Below, piece after piece: positions 36,194 through 49,300 of a DNA stretch of 64,000 nucleotides. The position numbers and the translations under genes are program-made. The first letter of the stretch is position 1. Every line of letters starts with the position of its first letter. The notes beneath the pieces are model-generated. The model worked only from the letters and a program-made list of their open reading frames with translations, ran no database searches and was not told where the DNA came from. The DNA comes from Laetmonice hystrix (Eukaryota): contig OZ249442.1 of the NCBI GenBank assembly GCA_965235115.1, forward strand, positions 21,390,001 through 21,454,000. The letters run 5' to 3'.

Positions 36194-38123
36194 ATCAGGG
36201 CTGGTGTTGGTGGGCCCGTGTAGCCGTATCAAATTACTATTGCATTGGTGGGGCAGTGTATGACATAACAATGATGCTAGCTGTGACAAGATGACTTTAA
36301 TTCAACACAGGGCACATTTGACAGAGATAGAAAGTGGTCTGCCGGACGAACGGTGTCCGGAAAGTATCCGGACTGTTTCCCTCATGATTGCTTGTCGCAT
36401 CGTGCCACTCTGACCACAGATTATGATTTCTCCGTTATCATCCCTGGTTCCATCGGATCCTGGGATAGCCCTAGCCTACGTAGTAAGCCTTGCCGCGCCA
36501 GCAAGGCTTACAGACAGTCAGTGTAAATTCCTGGCGGGTCACGCTAGGTCCTGTCACCCCTGCCAGACCACCACCGCTTGCACTGATCAACTCACCGCAT
36601 CCATTTATCTCGACAGTAGGAGCGACAAGTCCTGAAGCAGTGTTTCTAATAGTACAACGTCAAATTTAAAATTCATGTCTAGATCGTAGTTTTACCGGCC
36701 GCCATGTTGCCTTTGATATCCCAGCATGCATCTCTCCGACTCGGGAGGCGTGGGTAATTCTAAATGCAGTCAAAATGAGAGCGTAGCCGGGACCTACAAG
36801 TTGCCATATAAAACTCTGAAGGATGAACAACTGAAAGTATTGGATCCGCTGGGATATGGGAAAAATACAAACGGACCGCCTCACGCAGAGAACAGTCTAC
36901 TAAGTGTCTGTTCTATCATTTACGAAAAGTTGCTTCTCCCTCGCGACCTTCACCTTGAGGTTGTTTATTTCCCAGCATGCATCTCTCTGACGGTAATGGC
37001 CGCAATCAACGCCCATTGAAATTTCTCGGTTCGAGAGATGTGACTGTCGATTATTGTGTCGCATCGAGCTTTTCCAGCTTGCAGATATGAGAGATAAGTT
37101 ATTTTGAGTTTATTTACCAATATTTCATCAACATATAGAGACAAGGGAGGGCTTTTCATGGAAGACAGAGGATTTGTCCGGGTACGCTCGGAAATTCTGA
37201 ACAGCGACCTTCGGCTCTGTACAGAGCACAGAGCTGAATTCTTTGGCTAGGATAGCCCCTGCTCTGGTCCGCCTGCTGGTTCCTTGTTTTTCGTGGATTG
37301 CACAGGGAACCAGTTAAAAGGTCTGCAGCTGAAGCTGAAGGTAGCTGAAGGTTACATATATTGCATGGACAAAAGGTTTTAGTTATCAAAGATGGGGCAG
37401 TCTGGTAGAAAATTAAAGGCCAAATAAGTCATAGCGCCGCATTAATATCAAACACTTTGTACAAAACTTGGTAGAAAACGCCGATATGCTATATCATAGT
37501 TTTCCAAGAGGGGGGGGGGGGGGGTAGAGAGGGAGGGAGGGGGGAATGAGAGAGCGAGTCCGAGTTTTACACCTCAAAAACAGAAACATGATAATTGCAT
37601 ACAAAAACAAATAGGACACTATGTTCATTGTCGTACACAAACAAATAGGGCACAATATGTTTATTGTCGTACACAAACAAATGGGGTAATATGTTTATTG
37701 TCGCACACACACACAAAAACCCACAGTCAATTTCGGTCCATTAATATGTTGCAGCGTCGATAGAGAGGTGCAGTTACAGAATCTTCATTATAGAACGCGC
37801 GACTCATTCCGAGGTATAGCTGGCCTCCTCATCACACCATCTACCTGTGGTAACAAGAACTGACATTGAGGGGTCAAATTCATCCCCTGTTATCGTGTTA
37901 GGTGTCCTTGCAGTAGTCGATGATTGCACATTGGGTTTGTAGTATCTGATAGGAAACAGTGGTCTGCACTGCATTATGTATAGACGCTGAATACTAAAAT
38001 GTTGGGTTCAGATTAATGCGCTGTTGGTCGGACTATGTTTTCTGTACAGATACAAATTTCAACCGGAAATCTTTTCCCCACCCACTATATTTAAAATCCA
38101 CTTTTACACGTAACGCCATGTAA

Positions 38124-38507
38124 GGCCAAAAAAAAAAAGTTTCGTTTCTTGTCCTTTCATATAAAAAAATTGGTGCGGTGACGCGGTTTTTTTTTTCATC
38201 TTTCTTTTTTTTTTTTTGGATGCAACTAGACAACGGCCGATTCTTCGAATGCATTTACTGTTGGGTACATAAATCTTGAAGAAAAGACTAATGCAATGAT
38301 GTTCAATGTTTTAGAATGTGTAAAACTCACATAAAATCAACAAGACTAACAGAAAAACGCCAACGCCAAAGAACCGTTGCAACGTTCTGTCACAGCGCTA
38401 CTCTGTCCACCATATGAAGCAGTCGGATTTGAAAAAAAAGACTTGACGCGGGGGTTTTTAGGTGACGCGCGCGGGGACAAGAAACGAATCTTTTTTTTTT
38501 TTTGGCC
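38124..38507. mobile_element. MITE with GGCCAAAAAAAAAAA..TTCGTTTCTTGTCC TIRs and TAA TSD (Zator- or PIF-like)
   Basis: TAA|GGCC...GGCC|TAA; about 31-bp inverted match. Confidence 0.78.
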
Positions 38508-39442
38508 TAACCAGAGCCTGTTATCGCTGATATTCAAGAGTTCAACAGAACAAACATGTGCAGTGCGGTATAAGCGAGGATCCTGCTAAAATCCGGAGAT
38601 GTCATACCTGATCCTAAGAGACAAGTCATTACCATTTTTAATAAGGAACCATGGAGTATTGTATTTGCAGAGAAAACATTCTTGGCGGCTGGTTTCCGTA
38701 TCCCTCTCCTGTTGATTGGACGGGAAGATAGGACAGCCGGAGTTAACCCTTGTACTGTAGATTGGTCCAGGCATTAGGTCCCTATCATTGGAGATTGAGG
38801 CAGGTACTGGCTTGGGTGAATTAAAACCTTGGTCCACTCGCGATTTTCTTGTTATTTTGACGGCATATTTCGTATGGCCGTGATTAGAGTTAGGATTGAA
38901 GCAATTTCATGAAACATGCGGATGGATACGAATTAAGCCCATCAACCAGAATAGCTCGAGGCAAACTGCAAAGACGGTATGTACGAATGTTTGTAGGCTA
39001 TACGAATGGCTGTAGTATACAAATCTACTTAGGCATTTCTCATTGTGACGTTTATACGAGTTTAGATTTAAAGGTTTTTTTCTGTAATTTACCTATAGCT
39101 GTCGTTCGGGGAATACGTTTCATCCTTCAATATAAAAATTCACAGTGAAATAAAAGAGTGATTTCAAAATGGCAAGGAGAATCGGCTTAGTGGATTCGCC
39201 CTTGTCTGCGTTAATGCTTTGCTTTACGGAACTCTCCTCAGTACTCCTCAGTACTGCTCAATCACCAGTCTCAGGGGGAAAGAACTTCTTTGAGCGATTC
39301 ACTTATCGCGATGAACATGTTAACGTACATTTCGAGATTAGATTGGGCACAACATGGGCGTGACATGTTCCGACACGAATGGGCCCACACAAATGTCTGT
39401 GTATTGACATATCGGGCAAGCATTTGCTCTCTCAGCCGCTAA

Positions 39443-39666
39443 GTATACGATCGACATCTTTGTAAACAGTATGTGAACGAGTGAAACGTCCGAAAAATGC
39501 AAAGGTACAAGTTCGTGACATTGGGGGGTATGCGATGCCGTTGTTTGTGTTGCTGTATACGATCGACATCTTTGTAAACAGTATGTGAACGAGTGAAACG
39601 TCCCAAAAATGCAAAGGTACAAGTTCGTGACATTGGGGGGTATGCGATGCCGTTGTTTGTGTTGCT
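39443..39666. repeat. 112-bp direct duplication (2 copies)
   Basis: GTATACGATCGACATC...GTTGTTTGTGTTGCTG at 39443 and 39555. Confidence 0.92.
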
Positions 39667-40051
39667 GCTCGGGCCGTCACTATAACGCCTTAATAGACAC
39701 GACATAATCAAAACTGCAGGCCATACAAAGGCAAGCCCCCACATTCAAGGGTAGTGATTAATTATCAATACTCCAGCCCTATACCTTTAGTACTGGATTT
39801 ATGCTCACATAGCTCTGTAGGCATCCATGAAATCGGCGCGAGCGCGTGGGCCATGGCAAACTTCTCATTGGTGCAGCCGCCAACACACGTCAGCCAAGTT
39901 AGGCGCGCCGGGTGAAAACACGGCAGAGTGATCGCACAGTTCGGCAGACCAACACGCAACGGAAAAGAGCAGCATCTGATCTGAGCTGGCGAGGCACGTG
40001 GTCGTCAGACGTTTTGTAGAGTAGATCTGGATTTGCTGAAAACAGCCAGCA

Positions 40052-40057
40052 TATAAA
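40052..40057 (+). promoter_or_regulatory. TATA box (TATAAA) for the peptide precursor gene
   Basis: CATATAAAG about 140 nt upstream of ATG 40191; E-box CACGTG at 39995-40000. Confidence 0.5.
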
Positions 40058-40190
40058 GTCTAACCTGTGATAGAGAGGCATAGAAAATCTCGATAGACTC
40101 CCGAACACGCCAGCAGCAAGACGAGTAACTGCAGTTCTGGTTAGGATTCGTTGTTGTCAAGGTTGCCTGCAGTGTTGCAGTATCAATACT

Positions 40191-40377
40191 ATGTTGACCC
40201 AACTCTTACTACTTTCGACTTTAATGTGCCTTGGCTGTTTAGTTACAGCATTACCATACGATTTGTACGAACCAAATGACATAGAAGAATCACAAGGATA
40301 TCATGATAGTGGAACATGGCTTGCCAAAAGATTCCGGGACAACTACCTTACAGAAACCAAAGACTACGGAGATCTAG
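40191..40377 (+). CDS. Precursor exon 1: MLTQLLLLSTLMCLGCLVTA / LPYDLYEPNDIEESQGYHDSGTWLA KR FRDNYLTETKDYGDL
   Basis: ACT-ATG start, 20-aa hydrophobic signal ending VTA, KR at 40326-40331, consensus GTAAGT donor at 40378. Confidence 0.82.
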
Positions 40378-43300
40378 GTAAGTAGCATGACTATTTGTTG
40401 AGGTGAATTCACGTTGTGGAAGATTTAATGATATAAATATATACACCCATTTTATGTGTAAAAAATGAATGAAGGCCCAATGTCTAGGCCTGCATATGAC
40501 TATACAGGACTATACAAAATTCGTACCTTTTTGCATCAAAAAGGGGACTGATTTTGCATAGTTATAGTACACTTTAATACTAGTAGGCTGTAAACATTGT
40601 GTGATGGACTGATTTTGGCATATTGCCTTTTGCACCGTGCCTTTTGTCACGTATTGGCATCAATAATTTCAAATGGCCAATCGAACATTTATGTAGATAG
40701 GTCTTGCCACTTTCCCCTGCATTTCCCCTGAGTCACGGCTCACGTAGAGCTGTTAAAACGGTCATGTCAGAAATTGTCCCACGACTTCTGTAGCGAGGAT
40801 GGTAATGACGTCATTTCAAGGCAGTCATTTAGTATGATCCTCAGTGTCAGCCGACATACGGAGGTTTCAGAATTATATGAGTGGTTCACTGTAAATGTAC
40901 GCTTCGATATGAACTCACAAGGAACAAAAATGGAAAAATATAAAGACCACAACTGTAACAAAACCATTTTTTTTATGAGGTGACAAGTCGGTCAGGTGTT
41001 GAGCAATGGGGTGTCTAACCTCTTGGAAAGACATTGTGCTGGGTTCAGAGTTGTAATAGTTTGCCACCAAGTTCATTACTACAGACCTACCTATCACAAC
41101 GAGCAGGGCGACCGCCTCAGGTGCACGAACAAAATGAGCCACTCGACAGTGTGCAAGTAATGAGTGCACAGTCTCGGGTCTGTAATTACCTTTTCCCCTT
41201 TTCGTTTTCTACTCATATCGTTTGGCAAACTTTTAGTGTTTTCGGCATACCGGTTACATGGCATCCTGTTGGTAAATCATATATGTTTCAATGGAGAAAC
41301 GGGTCCCTTGACCTTACTGCCGTCAACTTTAATATCGCAGTAGGTCCCGGCCGCAGTGCCAGCCGATACTAACCGTTATAGATCAATACAAGTCTGTTCT
41401 AGTACGGTTTTCATTTAAAATTAATGACTTTTAGGGCAGTAACACCGTTGCAGTAAATGGTATATCATTATTTGGGCAGCTTGAATACAGAAGGATGCAG
41501 AAATTTGTGTGACGGGCGTTAACAGAATTTGATGTCATAGGAGTGCCATTGCTAATACTTTCTCTCCGAAAAATACCCATGCAGGGAGTCTTTTAGCCTC
41601 TCATCTGCAATTACCAAGTCCATCATGCCTCCACCTTTTTTCCCCTGTACTACTCAAATTGTCCTTTTAATGTCGGCGCACTGGGGGCTGACACATCACA
41701 TTTGGACATGGGCGGCAAATTGAACTTTCATGGGAAGGGTCATTGATGAGGAAGGAGACCCCAAAGGACGATGGCGGATTGGCGGTCGTCTGTTCTGTCG
41801 TGTTCTGTTTATCCAAGTCTATTACTATTAGGACCAACCCCTTCTTCATTTGCACCATTCAACAAACATAACGCAAGTTTTCTGTACAGTGTTTTCTTAT
41901 CAGGTATTATATAGATATACCCAGAGAGAATAGAATTCGTGTGGAAACTACAACAGTATTTTTCTGAACAACTTGGAAACAAGACTTTTTCGTCTTACCT
42001 GAGATTAAAGGAAAAGAGACAATATATCCAGCAATCCGGATGCTGGAAACCGATGTCGGTCCTTGAACAACAAAAGAGCCCTTTACAAAGCGTGCTTGCA
42101 TCTAGGGCATATATACTGAACAGGAAACCTGAAAGATTGGGCTATGTATGTTTTCTCATACATCTCATATGGCAATTACGATGTGTACGATTACAATGTT
42201 GCCATCCTCATGTATACCTCTAGGCCAAACCCTTACAAAGGACGATATTATTCCCTGTGTAAAAGGACAATAACCAGCCAGCGTAAAGTCACCTAACCTG
42301 CTCAGCCTTTTTTTCCAGCCATATATAGGCTACATGTAGGCCTACTATTTTGAAATGAAACGTTTTCAGAAATTTGGTTGTTGCAACAAAAAAGGTAGGC
42401 CGTAAGTTCGCAGATATTAATTTAAACATAGGGGGAGAAAAATTGCAGCAAGCAAACCAATATAAATATCTTGGCACCATTCTGGACAAGACACTAAATG
42501 GACTGCAACAATATAATAAAATAATTAGTAGTCTAACCTTGAAATTGAATACCTTTAGAAAATTGCGCTATATGATGAGCACGCGGACAGCAGTCCAAGT
42601 ATATAAATCCACTATCTTACCAATATTGGACTACAGTGATATCTGTTATGACCTTAACACTGAACACCAACGCAAGAAATTACAGTCTGTCCAGAATCGT
42701 GCTCTTCGAATCATATATAACGATGCTTATTACAGTGTTGAACAGATGCATACCATGGCAAACCTACAATATTTGAATACCCGGCGAAGAGCTCACCTTA
42801 TAAATCTAATGTACAAGAGGGCCACAAATGACGCCTATCTGGACAAACGCCCACTACCCACCAGACAACACAATAAAATTGTCATGATCACTCCAGCCCC
42901 CCGTACTGGTAAACTAATGAAATCCCCAGCATACAGAGGAGCTAAACTTTGGAACAGACTTCCTGCAGAAATTCAAAAAGCGTCAACGTATCAAGAATTT
43001 AAAAGCAAATATCGTTCTTGGAGTGTGTCCATGCACGAAGATCATTAGAGAAAACATAATCCTGATATAGACAGCGTCTCCTAACAAGCTCAAAAAGTAA
43101 TTCACAGTGATGTCTCGCCCCCCTCACCCAGAGTAGATATATTTTAATAACATAGTGCCTAGGAATTGAGCAGCAGTGTGCCGAACTAGGCACAGAGGCG
43201 TCGCAGGAAGACCAGTGCTGTACAGCACTGATGTAACCCTCTGTTCAATAAAAAGTGGAATAAAAAAAAAAAAAAAAAAAAAAATACTGTGGACCAAAGT

Positions 43301-46300
43301 TCCTATAGTTTAGGCTACTGTTCGGAAATTATTCCATTTCAAAAAGTCAATGACATGCTTTTGTACCAATGTCTGATCATAGAATGGTGGCGTGGTAACC
43401 TTTTGTACCAATGTCTGATCATAGAATGGTGGCGTGGTAACCTTTTGTACCAATGTCTGATCATAGAATGGTGGCGTGGTAACCTTTTGTACCAATGTCT
43501 GATCATAGAATGGTGGCGTGGTAACCTTTTGTACCAATGTCTGATCATAGAATGGTGGCGTGTTAACCTTTTGTACCAATGTCTGATCATAGAATGGTGG
43601 CGTGGTAACCTTTTGTACCAATGTCTGATCATAGAATGGTGGCGTGGTAACCTTTTGTACCAATGTCTGATCATAGAATGGTGGCGTGTTAACCTTTTAG
43701 AGAACTTCACACAGACTATCTGAAATCAAACAGTCACAGTACAAAAGGAGATATCTGAAGCCAGTATCATCAGGCCTGTCTATAGCGGACTTGTTCCGGC
43801 TAGATACGTCCGAACGGCTAGTTATGTCCGATAGGAGATATGTCCCCAAACATCAGCTAGATATGTCCGAAGAAATGGATATGTCCGCAAATATCAGCTA
43901 GATGTGTCCGGTACCGGACACATCTAGCTGACATTTGCGGACATATCCAGATTACCGGACATATCTAGCTGACATTTGCGGACATATCCAGATTACCGGA
44001 CACATCCAGCTGGGGAACTATACCTAGTCCGTGGGTCCACTAGTCCGAGGGTTCACTAGTCCGAAGTTGACACTAGGCAATGGCAGGGGAACAAGGGGGT
44101 TAACCTCAGGGGGGCGTTAGTCCGACAGCCCAGTGGTGCGACAGACCAATCCCCTATATGGGTTAGAGTTAAGGTTAGGTTTAGGGTTAGTTATATTTGA
44201 TTTTTGGGTTAGGGTTGCCTATTGCCCACTTCGGACTAGTGAACCCTCGGACTAGTGAACTTTCGGACTAGTGAACCCTACCCTTTAGTTGATATTTGCG
44301 GACAGATCCGGATTACCGGACATATCGAGCTGATATCTGAAGACATATCCGGGTTACCGGACATATCTAGCTCATATTTTCGGACATATATCCTCTCGGA
44401 CATAACTAGCCGTTCGGACATATCTAGCCGGAACAGGGCTGGGGCTGGGATATTCGGGCCAATTCTCAGCAATGTGTACACTATGTCACGAAATAATCAG
44501 TATCCGACACGCCAGCCCGTGGGTGTAGCTTATGGACACTGAGATCAATAAACATATAGAAGGCGAAGAATGTAGAGAATCACTGTGACATTCAGCAGAC
44601 CGTGACTTGAAGCTTGCACGCAACAAATGGCATTATATAAAAAAAAAAACGAACAAAGAAAATGCGCACGTCGATTTTCTTTTTTTTTGGGGGGGGGGGG
44701 GTAGTAATCTGTCTCTCTGCATAGGCCTTGTAACGTGTATACGTCCCACCCACTAAAATTCATCATTTAGTCTACTAAAAGTAACGGATATCCTCTTTTA
44801 TCTAGTATCTATATATTAACTATAGCCATTTACAGAGTAGCAGAAAAATGTCATCAGTCTATATCAGTACCTGACAGCCGGGAAATTGCTCTATAGACAG
44901 AAGTGACCGATTTGGCTTTCTATGACATGAACGATAGTTAGCACCTGCATTTCCACTTCTACTTTCAGCTGTCTTGCTAATTAGAAACAAAGGACTAACG
45001 GAAACAAACAACCAGGGATCATGGCGTGACGTGAAATTGTTTCCTGGTGGTAGGCGTACTAATTAGGCTCCATGGGTACTTCAATTAGCACTGGTGACCC
45101 GACATACCTTGAGACTTGTGTGCCTCGACAGCTAACGTTCGCTGTATCATGGGCGGGGGGAGGGGGAGGGGGGAGAAATCATGCCAATCATGCACGGCTT
45201 TCTCATGATACGTTTGGCCATTAGACTCATATAAAATCTACAAGAGCTGGGTGCGAATCTCGCAGCAAATGAGCAGGTGAAGACTGAATGCAGAAGACTA
45301 TTTTGCAGCTGAAGCCCCTGTGCACAGATGCCAACCGAAGGGTGTATAATAAATTAGTACTTTCCAAAATTGTTAACGGAACGCCACTTCTGTGGTATAA
45401 ACGAGAAAACGGTTTTCGTTTGCTGTCCGTTTTCAGTTTTGAATCGGACGAGCGCGAGAGTGTGGGGGGTTTGTCGGGGGGGGGGGGTCAAATATGTGAT
45501 TTTGGCCGTCCGATTCAGGTAGCCTCCCATACGGCTTCACTCGTTGCAATACTATACAGGCTATTCTCTACAAGTTAAAACATCTGGCGAATAAAGAAAT
45601 ATAGAAGAGCATAATGTTAACTCTGGCATGTGTACAAATTAGAGATTCTGGTGAAGAACATAACACCTAGGTCTGGAAAGTGGGCGAATGAATTTCTATA
45701 TAGATCGGATAAACTTTCGTAACAATAATATAAACTCTATTATTTACTGATATAACAGTATTATTATATTGATGACCCTTTCAGAATATAGGCAAAATGC
45801 AAAACGACCCGTGCCGCTTATGGCAGAGCTAAGCACAGAGAAAACATCGAGGTCCAGACGTATTTATGCCTGAATAGTGTGATTTATTTACTGTGGTTTA
45901 TTTAAACGCAATTTTGTCTCCATTCAAACAATTTAGTTGTATTCCTGAGGGTTCAACTGTATGCTAGAGACAGGCCAGCCTCACAGGGCACGATATTTCT
46001 ACGATATCGCAAGATTCTTAACGATACGACAAGAAATGCGAGTGAAATCCTATATATAATATTTCTTCAACTGTACATCATAACAGGTATGCGAAAACAA
46101 GCGTAATATGGGGGATTTGTGCTTGGATGAATTGGTATGCGTTGAAATCCCACCATGGACAGCACGAGTAAAAATAGTTTTCACCTGTTCTGCACGATTT
46201 TTGAATTGTGTGTAGTGAATATATCGACATTTCCTTGCATTTTGACCGGATCCTGTACCTGTAGGAAATTGTAATCATTCACGCAATGCTTACTCCATTC

Positions 46301-49300
46301 TTTATACAGTGCAGGAAAAAAACAGCTCTGCTCAAGTTTGATAAATTCTGACTTTTTTTTAGCTGAAGTCATAAAGTTAAGAAAAGTCGATTTATCTGAG
46401 TAGGCTACATCCGACATGTTTCCTGCTTTACAAATATTATAGAAAAATCTTAATACAGCTGAATTATATTTTCTACCTTACGTGATACTTTGGGCCAAAT
46501 AAAATACAGTGCTTTTTGCTTTTCCCGGAGAGTTGCTAAAAGCTTCCGAAATGTACGTCCGACACCATGGAATCCCCTATATTGATTTGACAATTTGCAT
46601 GTATACCTTGAGGAAGTCGTCTCGTAGGGCCTCGTGTATGGCTATACATGTTTCCGGAATTATTTGGCCAATTGTAAAAATAAAATCCTCCTCATAATAC
46701 ACTGCACGATTGGGGCACCATGTTCATAATTTCCTGTTCCATGATTACCTGAAAGTTATAAAGTTTCATATTACAATAACGTTAGTATTATTTACAATGC
46801 CTTGTAATAAGTTATAATATTCATATATTAATAAATTTGCTATTTTACATTTCTACTTTATGTACACAAAGATTGCATACCCGTTGCCAAAAACCTCAAT
46901 TCAGTGCGAGGTGAACTTCAGGTGGAATAGTCCTACGCATGTTGGTGTTCCTCCTCTAAATTTTGGCTGCAACTTTAGCCAGTAGCTCTTGGAATACTTC
47001 ACTACACACGTTGGAATGCCTTATAACCCGGCCGGTCTTCACTTTCCAATTCCTCTATAAGGGTTTCGTATACACCATATTGTTCTCTTCGAAGCAACCG
47101 TGGTCTTACCCATGCGGGGGTTTCTCACATACAGCTTCCAACCTCCTGCTTCGTCTACGCCTGACTATAATGGCTGTAACAGCCAAACTGAACACAATAA
47201 CTATTTTGCGAAATGGGATCCAAAGCAGAATCTTCACTGCATGGGAGTATCCTTTTGACAGCGTCGATCATCAAGGCCCTGTTCCGGCTAGATACGTCCG
47301 ACCGGCTAATTATGTCCGATAGGAGATATGTCCGCAAACATCAGCTAGATGTGTCCCGTACCGGACACATCTAGCTGATATTTGCGGATATATCCGGATT
47401 ACCGGACACATTTAGCTGACATTTGCGGACATATCCGGATTATCCTCTAGATTGCGCCTATATAAAACTGACCACCAAAAATGCATTTTTAAAAGTGAGC
47501 TTAAATGTTTACCTACAATGTGCACTACCTCAAGATGTGAGATTTCGCTGAGATATAGTTTAATATCGTGACCAACCACTGTGCTGTGTCTGTCACACCT
47601 AGTAGGTTGGTCACGTAGGCTACGTTCGGTCGTAGTCTGGAAACAGATGCTGTTGAAAACCTGACAGTACGAATAGGTCGGCCCGGTTGGTGTCCACGAG
47701 GGAGAGGTGAGGGTCTAACACGAAGATCCGTAGACAACTCTTCTAAAAGGGATCTAGAAATAGAACCCGTACCCCGTCGGTGTGCTCAATCTGCGGCAAG
47801 GTTCCAAACCAGTTGACTCTCAATGGGCTATCGTGTGTCTCCAGACGCCAGATACGAACGTTAGGACTTGGACCCTGAAGAGTCAGACCAATCCCTGATT
47901 ATTTAGTTGTTCTCAATTTTTCTTGCTCTCGCCTCCCATTCATCAGGATCTGGGAGGGGCTGAATGAGCCGAAATAATGTGGCCTATCACCAAAACGATG
48001 TAAATTTTCCAATTGTTCTTTTTCTTCTAGTTTCAGCGATATATTAAAATGGATATGCCAAGGCTGAGTGACACCGGCAGTTTACATCTAGCTGGTATTT
48101 GCGGACATATCAATATTTCTCCGGACACATCTAGCTGATGTTTGCGGACATATCACCTGTCGGACATAACTAGCCGTTCGGACATATCTAGCCGGAACAG
48201 ACCCTCAAGCTTCCTCCGTATGACGATAGCGCCGAGGGCCTTGACTCAAGCTTATGTACGATCATTGTAGAGAAATTTCAGGAAATCGTAATGTGTGCGA
48301 TTGAATTTGAAATTAGAAAATGTATGCGCTAGGGAATAGGGCAGGTAAGTGGGGGATTAAGGTAGTTCCTTGCGTGGGATTCAACCAATCTCTCAGACCC
48401 GACTGTGGACACGGGCACTGTGCTTGAGGTTGGCTGAAATACGACCAGAGAGCGGAAGTCGTTTGAGTGACCTTCAGAACGGCAAGTCGGGCACAGGGGG
48501 CGCCACTGGTAATGTTCGGGGACGAGGTGAAGAGGTTATTGTTTAGTCGGCAGTGTGTATAGGGTTAAGGCTCAGTCCCACTGGGCATTTTTGGCCTCGG
48601 GGATGTTCTCCCGATCTAAATTGAAGAGCCTCGGGAGGGGTCGGGAACAGGTTCCCCGGTGTTTCGAGGAAGCCTCGGGAGCGTCGGGAGTCATGTGGAA
48701 CCATCGGGAGGCATCGGGAGAACTGCGAAAAATGTCAATGCCTGCATTGAAATTTTTCCTGATGTGTTCCCGACATTTTGTCGGTAAAACAGGCCGGGGA
48801 GGCATCCCCGTAGCTTCCCGAGCCCCGGGGAAACCCCGGGGATGCTTCCCCTGAGCTTCCGCGAAACCTTCGTCCCCCTGAACCGCGTGTGCTGTTTCGG
48901 CGAAGGATCAGGGAACCTCCGGGGATATTTTGATCTCCGCCGCATGTACGGCGACCTCTCAGCGACCTGTCGGTGATACATTCCCGATGTGGGGTTGCAT
49001 TCCCGAATATTCGCCGAAATGTCGGTGATGGTTGAAAGTGCATTCTTCCCATACCTCCTCAATGCTTCCCCGAGGCACCGGGGAAGCTTCGGTGAGTACT
49101 TGCGAACCATCCCCGGTGCCTCGGGCAAGGGTTATTGGGGAGGCACCGGGGATGGTTCGCAAGTACTCACCGATGCTTCCCCTAATCTGCGGGGATATTT
49201 TTTCCCAGTGGGACCTAAGCATAACTCTATGGAGGACGGGCGAGGGGGAGAGAGACCCGCTTCCGTTATTGGCACTGACATTTAAAGGGGTAATTTGGGG

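Noticed and set aside
36590-36610. About 20-nt motif ACTCACC(G)GCATCCATTTATC shared with 11376-11395
   Set aside because: Similarity does not extend into the flanks, and a single gapped 20-mer match in 64 kb is compatible with chance
41996-42101. Candidate upstream signal-peptide exon for Mcr with a GTAAG donor
   Set aside because: Unnecessary: the exon at 31026 extends in frame to ATG 31135 with a much better signal peptide
43289-43723. Three overlapping repeat ORFs (LLYQCLIIEWWRGN etc.)
   Set aside because: Artefacts of a 42-bp minisatellite
47874-47900. CTGAAGAG resembling a hammerhead ribozyme core
   Set aside because: No stem II followed by GAAA could be found
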